Positions 9,736 to 18,543 of a stretch of 53,232 nucleotides of DNA are shown piece by piece. The notes beneath the pieces were generated by a model. It did not search any database, was not told where the DNA came from, and saw only the letters and a program-made list of their open reading frames with translations. Source of the stretch: Candidatus Moraniibacteriota bacterium (GTDB taxonomy: Bacteria; Patescibacteriota; Minisyncoccia; Moranbacterales; GCA-2747515); the NCBI GenBank assembly GCA_038208115.1, contig JBBQZC010000002.1, forward strand, positions 1 through 53,232, in the 5' to 3' direction. The first letter of the stretch is position 1. Every line of letters starts with the position of its first letter. The position numbers and the translations under genes were made by a program.

Positions 9736-11334
9736 TTATTCGACCAATTCACGCAAATCTTCGGTATCAGTACTTCCATATAGGTCATTGATCTGTGCGC
9801 TAAGAATTGCCAAAATATAAGCAGTTGCAACTGTCACAGAAAAAATACCAAACTCAATCATAAGTGGAAGTGAGCCGACTGTCGCAAGTACAAAAACAGC
9901 AATACCGTTTTCAACAATGAGCAGACCAATAATTTGAGAATAAATGTTCCTTTTGATGATCATCATAGCAATGCCGAGAACGATTAGCGAAACCGCGGTA
10001 TATAAAAGAGAATTCCATTCAACTAATCCTATGATCGTGACTTTACGTAATGTAAAATATGTAACAATCAATAAAATGATTGCCAAAAAATAACTCTTTC
10101 CCGGACGTAAAAATGATGGTAAATTTGTAAGACTTTTTTTTGCGTGACTCGCACGATTGATCACGTACGGTACAGCAATTGTTTTCGTGATAATTGTAAA
10201 AGCAGCAAACATCCATAAATGATATTTCTCATCTTCAGGTACCAACGGAACGATTCCCCATGCGATGCCCGCAATAGCAAATGAAGAATATGCATAATAT
10301 CGCAAAATTGCCTTTAATCGGACACGACCAAATAATAAAACAACGCAAATTATTGTGAGCAATGAAAATAAAATATGATTCTGAAAAGCAATATTATTTA
10401 CCGACGAAATAATCGCAATCAGCATACCCAAGATACCAACAACAAATGCTATCGAAAAATATTCTGACATGCGATAAAAACGCATTTTTGCAAGCATCGA
10501 TTCTACAAATCCCAACGTAATCATTACACATATAATCTTTATCATACTGTATAACAAACCACTCAACAGCAAACCAAAACTCCATGATTGTACATCAATA
10601 ACAGAATGCGGGAAAATAAAGTTTGTGATTAAAAGAGCAAATATTGTCAATTTTATACTGGAAGCATATTCCAAGAATGCAAGATATTTTCCAGAATATT
10701 CCAAAATCATAGCCTCATGCACCATAGTGAGCTCTAAATGTGTCGCAGGATTATCAACCGGATATCTCGCATTTTCCGCCAATGCAATCAACCCAAGTGC
10801 TATAAGGCTAAGAAAAAGGTACGGTTCTGTAAAAAGATTGACTTTTTGTAGCATCCCGTCAATAGTTGATGATCCAGATACAAAATTGATGGTTGAAAAT
10901 ACCACTATCACGACCGGTTCCAAAAGTGTTGCTATTGTCATTTCTCGACTGGACCCCATACCACCGAAAGCACTTCCTGCATCCAAACCACCTAAAACTA
11001 AGAAAATTGAACCTGTAACCAGAACTCCAGAAATAATAAGGAAGTCACTCATAAACGCAATGTGCGTATTGATAAAAATAACTGGCACAATAACAGCGAG
11101 AGCCAGTGCACAACCAAAAACGACGTACGGCACGCTGCGAAAAACCCATGATGATGCGTGTGGAATAATCATTTCTTTTTTGAGCAATGTACTAAGTGTA
11201 ATATATGGCAAGAACGGCGAAGCACCATGACGACCTTGTAAACGCGCCTTGATCATTCGTACAAGTCCAGTGGCAAATGGAGCAATTGCTAAAATAAAAA
11301 TTATTTGTATCAGGATTGCTAATAATGAGCTCAT
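9736..11334 (-). CDS. Fused HyfC (NuoH-like) - HyfE membrane subunit
   Basis: N-half KARLQGRHG, GSAFGGMGSSRE, AENARYPVDNPATHLELTMVHEAMILEYSG (HyfC); C-half SQIIGLLIVENGI (HyfE); one 532-aa frame. Confidence 0.85.
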   Translation of the reverse strand: MSSLLAILIQIIFILAIAPFATGLVRMIKARLQGRHGASPFLPYITLSTLLKKEMIIPHASSWVFRSVPYVVFGCALALAVIVPVIFINTHIAFMSDFLIISGVLVTGSIFLVLGGLDAGSAFGGMGSSREMTIATLLEPVVIVVFSTINFVSGSSTIDGMLQKVNLFTEPYLFLSLIALGLIALAENARYPVDNPATHLELTMVHEAMILEYSGKYLAFLEYASSIKLTIFALLITNFIFPHSVIDVQSWSFGLLLSGLLYSMIKIICVMITLGFVESMLAKMRFYRMSEYFSIAFVVGILGMLIAIISSVNNIAFQNHILFSLLTIICVVLLFGRVRLKAILRYYAYSSFAIAGIAWGIVPLVPEDEKYHLWMFAAFTIITKTIAVPYVINRASHAKKSLTNLPSFLRPGKSYFLAIILLIVTYFTLRKVTIIGLVEWNSLLYTAVSLIVLGIAMMIIKRNIYSQIIGLLIVENGIAVFVLATVGSLPLMIEFGIFSVTVATAYILAILSAQINDLYGSTDTEDLRELVE

Positions 11335-13316
11335 AATGCAGTTATTAATGTAATGATCAATGCAAACAAAAGAAACAATATGTAATATTGAATACGCCCA
11401 CTTTGGATTAAACGCACTCTTTCAGCTACGATAAATAATCCTTTCGTAATCGGTGCATACAGAACATCAATCCATATCGGACGCAGATACAATGCAAAAA
11501 AGCTCTTTCTAATCCAGGGATTTGTTTCGACTATAGCTTCTGACCGAATCGTTTTTTCTCTTCCTATGAACGTCAAAAAGAAAAAACGAATTGGTGCTGA
11601 AAACGCCGTTGCACTATATTGCATACTTACATCAATCGGCTGTCCACAATCCCATGTATGATATTTACGTTCTTTGTGATTTTTTAATACAATTTTATTG
11701 ATCATATACACCAGAGATCCAATCGCAAAAACGATCACGGCCACAAAAATCGAAGTAATATTCATTGGCTGTGGGGAAATATTACTAGCGGTTGCAAATG
11801 ACTGTATATATACACTTATCTGCAAAATAATAGGCTGTGCAAATATACCGAGAACGAGAACTGTCATGCCCAAAATTATGATAGGCACAATCAACAAAAT
11901 ATCAGTTTTTTCGGACCTTTTGTCTATAGAATGATGCGGTAATCCCAACATTGATATACCAAAAATTCTGATCATCGCAAAAATTCCCAACCCACCAATA
12001 AGTCCTATAGCAACAAGAGTACTGAGAAGAAGAATAATGTCATACGGAGCATCATGTAAAGAACGCAGCAAGGATATTACGCTTTGTATAAATCCCCACT
12101 CTCCATAAAATGTACCAAATGGTGGCAAAGGCAGTGAGCCCAATATAACAATCAGAAAACCAAAGCTAAATATCGGCATAACTTTAGCAATGCCACCCAT
12201 CGCATCAAGACTTTTTGTATGAACACGATTTATGATCACGCCACTGCTAAGAAATAATGCTGTTTTAAATAATGCATGATTGATTGCATGAAACATCGTA
12301 AACGCGATTAATCCATATGCTATAACTTCATGAACATTTTGTGATAAATAATACATTGCCAAACCAAGCATGGCAAAAATAATACCCATATTTTCAATAC
12401 TACTATACGCGAGGACTCTTTTTATATCTCTTTCAATTACTGCATAGAGCACACCGACAAGTCCCGATAAAAGACCGAGAAATATCACAATAAGTGCAGC
12501 AAATCGAGGTATATGATACATCTCGAGCATGATCATTATAAAGCCATATACAGCAACTTTAAGCATAAGACCACTCATTAACGCCGATATATTACTCGGT
12601 GCCTGCGGGTGCGCTTCTGGAAGCCACACATGAAAAGGTACCAATCCAGCCTTTGATCCAAAGCCAAACAAGAACAAAAGAAAAACAAAATATTGTGATA
12701 CAACAGATAAATTTTGTGAAGCATTTTGTATTTGATCAAAATCAAATGATAGCGAACCTTTCCCTAAAATCAAAAATCCTGCCAAAATCGCCGATGCCCC
12801 AATGTGCGTCATAATTAGATATAAAAAAGCTGCTTTAATCGACTCTGACTTTCGATCAGATAGCACTAAAAAAAATGAAGAAAAAGACATTACCTCCCAA
12901 AAAAACAAGAAAGAAAAAGTCTCATGGGAGATAAGAACCCCTTGCATGCCTAAAACAAAAAATGCCATCAAGGATGCCACCATAGATGGGTTGTATGTTT
13001 CTTTATAAAGAGAGAGGTACTGAAGACTGTACACACCCACAAGTGCGGAAACTCCGCATAATACAGTAAAAAATACGGCGGAAATTGCATGTAATTGTGG
13101 TGCAAAATGGAAAAACCATTCAACATCCATCAAAATAATATGTTGACCTGAAAACTGTGTAAAATAAATAATGCCCACAGTAAAACCGACTACATTTGCT
13201 AATACAAATAGCTTCGTTGCATTTTGAAACTTTTTTTGAAACAAAACCAGTAAGCCAGATAAAAATAATCCAACGAAATAGAATATGATGCCATAGATAA
13301 TATATTGCTCCCACAT
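11331..13316 (-). CDS. HyfB-like (NuoL/MrpA family) antiporter-type membrane subunit
   Basis: FLFFWEVMS, GFGSKAGLVPFHVWLPEAHPQAPSNISALMSG, KRVLAYSSIENMG, NHALFK, TWDCG, IQSGRIQYY. Confidence 0.9.
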   Translation of the reverse strand: MWEQYIIYGIIFYFVGLFLSGLLVLFQKKFQNATKLFVLANVVGFTVGIIYFTQFSGQHIILMDVEWFFHFAPQLHAISAVFFTVLCGVSALVGVYSLQYLSLYKETYNPSMVASLMAFFVLGMQGVLISHETFSFLFFWEVMSFSSFFLVLSDRKSESIKAAFLYLIMTHIGASAILAGFLILGKGSLSFDFDQIQNASQNLSVVSQYFVFLLFLFGFGSKAGLVPFHVWLPEAHPQAPSNISALMSGLMLKVAVYGFIMIMLEMYHIPRFAALIVIFLGLLSGLVGVLYAVIERDIKRVLAYSSIENMGIIFAMLGLAMYYLSQNVHEVIAYGLIAFTMFHAINHALFKTALFLSSGVIINRVHTKSLDAMGGIAKVMPIFSFGFLIVILGSLPLPPFGTFYGEWGFIQSVISLLRSLHDAPYDIILLLSTLVAIGLIGGLGIFAMIRIFGISMLGLPHHSIDKRSEKTDILLIVPIIILGMTVLVLGIFAQPIILQISVYIQSFATASNISPQPMNITSIFVAVIVFAIGSLVYMINKIVLKNHKERKYHTWDCGQPIDVSMQYSATAFSAPIRFFFLTFIGREKTIRSEAIVETNPWIRKSFFALYLRPIWIDVLYAPITKGLFIVAERVRLIQSGRIQYYILFLLFALIITLITAL

Positions 13317-13327
13317 ATGTATAATGA

Positions 13328-13870
13328 TTATTTTATTTTTTGATATTTCAATATCGAAAGTACACCATGTAAAATTTCTATCGGCGTTGGTGGATCACCG
13401 GGAATTTTCAAATGAACTGGTATGACATTTTCTACTGGACCTACGATTGCATAAGAGTCTTTCCACATCCCTCCTGTGCATGCACCATCACCAATTGCAA
13501 CAACAATGCACGGTTGCGGGACTGCTTCATATGTTGTACGCAAAGCATATTCCAAATTTCTTGTTACGGGACCAGTGACAAAAAGCATATCTGCATGACG
13601 CGGTGAAGCCACAAAACTCAATCCAAATCGATCAATATCATAATAAGCATTATTTAGTGCTGTCAATTCAATCTCTTCCGCATTTGTCGATCCAGCGTCA
13701 ACAGCGCGAATACGCAATGAACGACCAGCATATAATTGATCAATAATTTTTTTTATTTCACTACCAAGAACTTCCAATGCCTCATTATCATTTGATTCAA
13801 AAAATATTTCTTTTTTTTCAATAACGCTCTTTTTAAAGAGCAAAACACGTAATAACGACAGGGCTTTCAT
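13328..13870 (-). CDS. HyfI/NuoB-like small subunit with substituted Fe-S ligands
   Basis: RSLRIRAVDAGS, YDIDRFGLSFVASPRHADMLFVTGPVT; ligand positions read GSTNAEE, GDGAC, PGDPP. Confidence 0.88.
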   Translation of the reverse strand: MKALSLLRVLLFKKSVIEKKEIFFESNDNEALEVLGSEIKKIIDQLYAGRSLRIRAVDAGSTNAEEIELTALNNAYYDIDRFGLSFVASPRHADMLFVTGPVTRNLEYALRTTYEAVPQPCIVVAIGDGACTGGMWKDSYAIVGPVENVIPVHLKIPGDPPTPIEILHGVLSILKYQKIK

Positions 13871-13969
13871 AAAATTATTTTGAGAAAATCAGCGAGAATA
13901 AAAAAACGGATCAATCCGAAATCTTAAAAGATTCATTCTTATATCAAAAAATGTCCACACACATCACAC

Positions 13970-13998
13970 ATATTACTCCTACATAAAGCCACTGTCAA
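13970..13998 (-). promoter_or_regulatory. Putative promoter of the Ehr-like operon
   Basis: TTGACA-N17-TAATAT about 100 nt upstream of the small-subunit start. Confidence 0.5.
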
Positions 13999-14106
13999 TA
14001 CACTTCGATCCACAAAAATACGTCACCTCATTTTTACTTCCTCCCAAAACTTTAAATTAGAAAAAAAATAATTCACACCTCATGAGATGATTTTGAAAAA
14101 TCATGA

Positions 14107-15132
14107 TCAATTAACAATTTCCATTTCCATTGTTTCAGCATTCAAAACGACAGACATAACGTTCATATATGCAACCATATCATCATGATCATTTTTCACG
14201 ATTTCTTGCGTTAATTTATTTAAATATATAGCACGTTCCTTTGCTCGATTTTTTTCTGCAGCATCAGAGTATACTGCTGAAGAAAGCAGAACAAATCCAT
14301 TATGCGTTTTTTTCACTCGTAGATTTTCTTTGATAATCCCAATTGCTTTTTTTATAGGTTCTCCAATATTTGGGTCATACGGACCCACGATTAAGGCAAT
14401 ATTCGGTGTATGCAACCAATCAAAACCCTTTCCCACAGCCATTATCCACTCACCATGCACGAGTTGCATCAAAGGCTTTCCAGTATTTATTGTTTCTTTG
14501 ATACAACAAATATTTCCTTGTACCAAGGGGATAAGGTCATGCAAAATTCTTTCTGGCATTGATGGATATAGCCTATGGAAGATAATACGTAATGACTTTT
14601 CAGTATCATCATTTATACTGGATACATCTAGGATATTCCCATTCTCTCCATGAAAGATGAGTGCATCTTTATCAGTTTCTAGCCCCACAAGTATTGGAAA
14701 AACCACGCCATTATCCTTGCCATACGTACGCAAGATTTGTTTACGAAAATTTTCTGTAAAACGTTTGGACTCTTCACAATCATAATTAAAACCCGCACAA
14801 CCACGATGTTCCTCCCCTTGAGAGTAATGATATGTCACGAGCACGAGAGTACGATTGCCATGTGCAACCGCTTTTTTGACATGCTGATCAAATGACTCAT
14901 TAAGTAACGGCCACCCGAGATCGAATCTCCCACCAATATTGCGAAATGGACGCATGATGCCAAGCGGCGTTCTCGTCACTGTCGGCATATGAATCCGACC
15001 ATCCATACATTTAAATACTATAACATTTGTAGGATGTTGTGATAAATACAATTCTCTTTCCAATCGCTGACTCTGAAACATTTCAGAATGTTTCTTATTG
15101 AGATCAATGAGTATCTTTTTACTTTTTTCCAT
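14107..15132 (-). CDS. Beta-class carbonic anhydrase, CsoSCA (carboxysome shell CA)-like
   Basis: FKCMDGRI (Cys ligand plus Asp-x-Arg dyad) and YHYSQGEEHRGCAG (His...Cys ligands with CsoSCA-like long spacing). Confidence 0.75.
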   Translation of the reverse strand: MEKSKKILIDLNKKHSEMFQSQRLERELYLSQHPTNVIVFKCMDGRIHMPTVTRTPLGIMRPFRNIGGRFDLGWPLLNESFDQHVKKAVAHGNRTLVLVTYHYSQGEEHRGCAGFNYDCEESKRFTENFRKQILRTYGKDNGVVFPILVGLETDKDALIFHGENGNILDVSSINDDTEKSLRIIFHRLYPSMPERILHDLIPLVQGNICCIKETINTGKPLMQLVHGEWIMAVGKGFDWLHTPNIALIVGPYDPNIGEPIKKAIGIIKENLRVKKTHNGFVLLSSAVYSDAAEKNRAKERAIYLNKLTQEIVKNDHDDMVAYMNVMSVVLNAETMEMEIVN

Positions 15133-15186
15133 TTAATTAAATTAAATTCTTTATGAATTAAAAATACAACAAAAAATTTCTTTTTT

Positions 15187-15214
15187 ATTGTATTGCATTT
15201 ACTGACAATGTCAA
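15187..15214 (-). promoter_or_regulatory. Putative promoter of the carbonic anhydrase gene
   Basis: TTGACA-N16-TACAAT about 55 nt upstream of the ATG. Confidence 0.45.
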
Positions 15215-15225
15215 CGTCAACGTAT

Positions 15226-16494
15226 TTAGTTTGTAGATAATTTACTATGATATGAATCCACCACATTGATCCAGCGATCAACGCTTTCCTGTGAATGTCC
15301 ATCGCATGTACTACCACACTTCCACACGACAAGCCTACTTGCTGTCTTGCGATCATATTCATAAATGAGCTCGTGGATTCGCTTGCCAACGCTTTCGACA
15401 GCATCCTGACGTGAATTAAAACACGTATGCCCACCAGTACCCATCAGTTTTCTCACACTACGATAGCCCCAATAGTTATAGCAATCTTGTCCATCAAGAA
15501 CCGGCACATGCTCACCCATTCCACTTTCCTGTACAGATATTGCAATTAAATATTTTGCAACCTCTGGATCCTGCTCGAGGATATATGGAAGCATTTTTTC
15601 TATTGGATGTCCTGCTGTGACCTCTTGCGCGAGTTCCTCGAGAGATTTTGTACTAACGATTTCTTTTATGTCTTCATTTACTGCTTTAACTGCACTATCG
15701 ATAGAATTTGTCACAACTTCTTTTGTAGGCAAACCACTTTCTCCTTCTGTAGTGTTTTCTTTTGCTACAATATCCGCCATTATTATTGAGGGCGTACTTT
15801 GTTCAACAGCTTCTTGTACAGCAACAGCTTCAATCTTTGGATCAATAATCGTTTCATTTTTCTCAATAGCACTATCAGTCGCATCATCATTTTTATCATT
15901 CACACTAACAATTGGCTCAACTTTTGAATCTTCAAGTACAATTGTTGTTGCTTTATCATCCGTGCCAGCCATCACATCTTCAGCATCCTGCGCAAATGCA
16001 TTAGCACCAAGATTTTTATAGATCATACTCATTGATACCATACCGACGATCATTGCACCCCCAAGTGAAACCTGATACATACGCAATGGTGACATACTAA
16101 TACGCATTGCCGCACGATATTGTGACATCGTGTCAAATACGCGGGCTGTATGCAAACTGATCTTGCGATACTGCATTTCACCCACGGTGTATTTCTTCAC
16201 ATAACGTACATATGCACTATCAAAAGACAAGACTATATCTCTGCAATTTTCTTGCTGCTGATCAAAGGACGTACCATATTTACGAGAATCTTGCGTAACA
16301 AAAAAATCTGTACGCTCACCTCCGAGAAGTAAGGCAGATATATTATTTTCATGGTTTTGTTGCATTACATCCTGTAATTCTGATAAACTGATTTCACATC
16401 TCTTTGCGCATGACAAACCATCTGTAAAAACTTTTTTTCTATTTTTTATTATTTTGTTCGCATATAAATGCGAGTAATCCGCTCCTATATCCAT
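15226..16494 (-). CDS. Membrane-anchored protein with acidic linker and C-terminal lysozyme/glucosaminidase-like domain
   Basis: One hydrophobic segment, D/E-rich linker, then AISVQESGMG...DCYNYWGY...HTCF...WKCG, homologous to 3029..3859. Confidence 0.6.
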   Translation of the reverse strand: MDIGADYSHLYANKIIKNRKKVFTDGLSCAKRCEISLSELQDVMQQNHENNISALLLGGERTDFFVTQDSRKYGTSFDQQQENCRDIVLSFDSAYVRYVKKYTVGEMQYRKISLHTARVFDTMSQYRAAMRISMSPLRMYQVSLGGAMIVGMVSMSMIYKNLGANAFAQDAEDVMAGTDDKATTIVLEDSKVEPIVSVNDKNDDATDSAIEKNETIIDPKIEAVAVQEAVEQSTPSIIMADIVAKENTTEGESGLPTKEVVTNSIDSAVKAVNEDIKEIVSTKSLEELAQEVTAGHPIEKMLPYILEQDPEVAKYLIAISVQESGMGEHVPVLDGQDCYNYWGYRSVRKLMGTGGHTCFNSRQDAVESVGKRIHELIYEYDRKTASRLVVWKCGSTCDGHSQESVDRWINVVDSYHSKLSTN

Positions 16495-16608
16495 ACTCCA
16501 ATATTATATCACACTTGTGCAAAAAGTATGCAATACAAATTTTTTACTCCTTATTTATATTACTGCTGAAAATTTTTTAACCAGATATTCTTTGTAATCG
16601 AAAATAAA

Positions 16609-17073
16609 TCAAAAACCTTTCGCCAAAAGAATTTTTGATTTTTTTGCCGCAATCTTACTATTGACATTATGCCAAGAGATTTTTTCTATGTCGCTAAATT
16701 TTATCCATTTACTTTCCGTATGTTCATTGCTAATTTTTACGTCTTGTTTGCCAATCAATCGACAGAGAAAAAATACCGAATACTTCGGCGGATTCTCTAT
16801 TCCCCATCTGGCAACGTGAACAGGTGTAATAACTTTGATTTTGAGACCTGTTTCCTCAAGCACTTCACGTTGCAAGCCTAGCTCAGGCTGGTCATCAACA
16901 TCAAGTCTGCCACCGGGGAACATCCACATTTCTTTGGTGAATTCTTTGTTTAGAGGCAATCTTAAAATCAAAAACTCTCTTCGTTGATTTACAATAACAC
17001 CATATTCACCCACATTACATTTCAGTCTTTTCATATGTGACAAAGTTATTAATTTATTTCCGATAACGTTCAT
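16609..17073 (-). CDS. NUDIX hydrolase
   Basis: Nudix box WMFPGGRLDVDDQPELGLQREVLEETGL, and SNEHTESKW. Confidence 0.9.
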   Translation of the reverse strand: MNVIGNKLITLSHMKRLKCNVGEYGVIVNQRREFLILRLPLNKEFTKEMWMFPGGRLDVDDQPELGLQREVLEETGLKIKVITPVHVARWGIENPPKYSVFFLCRLIGKQDVKISNEHTESKWIKFSDIEKISWHNVNSKIAAKKSKILLAKGF

Positions 17074-17099
17074 TTATAAATGACGCTTGTACCAACTTA

Positions 17100-17680
17100 A
17101 TCGGTACTTTCTTTGAGTTTAGCATTTTTGTTTCAATATTTGAAGACATTCAGTTGAACGCTATCAGAGATGTAAAATGTGTGTGAAGTAAAAATGACAT
17201 TTCCTCAAGATTAAAATAGAGTTGTTTTTACTGAGCCGCATACAAGTTTTTATACAAGCGCATTTTTAATAATTTCCTACTTCTCTGCAAATTAAAATAT
17301 AACGTTTAGAATGTGTTTTGATACCTCTGTCTGAGATATTTTACGTGATGCAGTCCTCTTTTTTTTAAAATCACCGCCTTCCTGCCAAAAATTTGTAATT
17401 TTTGAGCATCCTTTAAATTAATTTTGTCGACTTCACTTACTTTTTGGGACAAGAAAAATTCCCCTTTTATCAAGCAACCGAAACATTTCAGTCGGACTAA
17501 AATCAGAATGCCTACAAGAAGTTATGTAAAACATATTGTCAGAGAATTTTATTTTTTCATCATCCATTATAAGGAAGCGAGCATTATTGATCTTCGAATA
17601 GAGCAGGTTTTTCTTTGTCATACCTACCATACCATCAGAAATATCAACGCCGATTACGAGTTGCAAATTTTGAGTAATTT
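17100..17680 (-). pseudogene. Degraded class I SAM-dependent methyltransferase
   Basis: Fragment VIGVDISDGMV...ARFLIMDDEKIKFSDNMFYITSCRHS...GIFL lacks motif I and a proper start; downstream frames give VSEVDKINLK and EEMSFLL, interrupted by stops and frameshifts; boundaries approximate. Confidence 0.55.
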
Positions 17681-18522
17681 CAGCACCTTTTCTCCACTTT
17701 TTTTGAGTCACTCTGCAGTTTGCGATATATCAAAAAACCACAACATATCACTATAGCGACTATCGATAATAACTGCCCCATCGTCAAGTTTAACAGCACA
17801 AATCCGAGATGTTCGTCAGGTGCACGATAATACTCGATCACAAAACGAAATAGTGAGTATGTCATGAGATATAACACACTCATCGTTCCTACTGCATAAT
17901 TCTTATTACGCAATCGCCACATGATAGCAAATAAAACCAATCCTTCAAAAAATGCTTCATATAGCTGTGATGGATGCCGTAGCACGGTCTCTCCATTAAA
18001 ATACATACCCCATGGTGATGTGGTGATCCGTCCCACTAACTCCTCATTAAAAAAATTTCCCAGTCGTCCAAACATGTATCCGAGAGGAACTACTGGAACG
18101 ATAAAGTCACTAAGTTGCAATGCATCCACATTTTTTTTGTATGCAGTATAAAAAATTGCTATCGCAACACCTAATACACCCCCATGAAAACTCATGCCAT
18201 ATATACCAATCCATGTATGGGTAGCAAAATCATATGGAGAGATAATTTCGAGTGGCCGTTTTGCATAATATAAAAAATCATAAAAAAGCACATATCCCAA
18301 GCGACCACCTATTAAAGCCCCTACCAATGTATTTACGACAAAATCTTGTATGAATTCAATAGAATATTTACCCTCGTTTTTTTTCAGTCGATACACCAAA
18401 AGTCGATACCCTACATAAAATGCGGTAAGCCACATCAGTGAATACCAATAGATAGATATTCTGCCTATCGAAAAAGCTATGGGATCTATATAATTTGGTA
18501 AATCATGATACGATATGTCCAT
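17680..18522 (-). CDS. lgt: Prolipoprotein diacylglyceryl transferase
   Basis: GGRLGYVLFY, GMSFHGG, GRLGNFFNEEL, RHPSQLYE, RFVIEYYRAPD. Confidence 0.96.
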   Translation of the reverse strand: MDISYHDLPNYIDPIAFSIGRISIYWYSLMWLTAFYVGYRLLVYRLKKNEGKYSIEFIQDFVVNTLVGALIGGRLGYVLFYDFLYYAKRPLEIISPYDFATHTWIGIYGMSFHGGVLGVAIAIFYTAYKKNVDALQLSDFIVPVVPLGYMFGRLGNFFNEELVGRITTSPWGMYFNGETVLRHPSQLYEAFFEGLVLFAIMWRLRNKNYAVGTMSVLYLMTYSLFRFVIEYYRAPDEHLGFVLLNLTMGQLLSIVAIVICCGFLIYRKLQSDSKKVEKRC

Positions 18523-18543
18523 TTTTTCTACTACAGAATGAAA

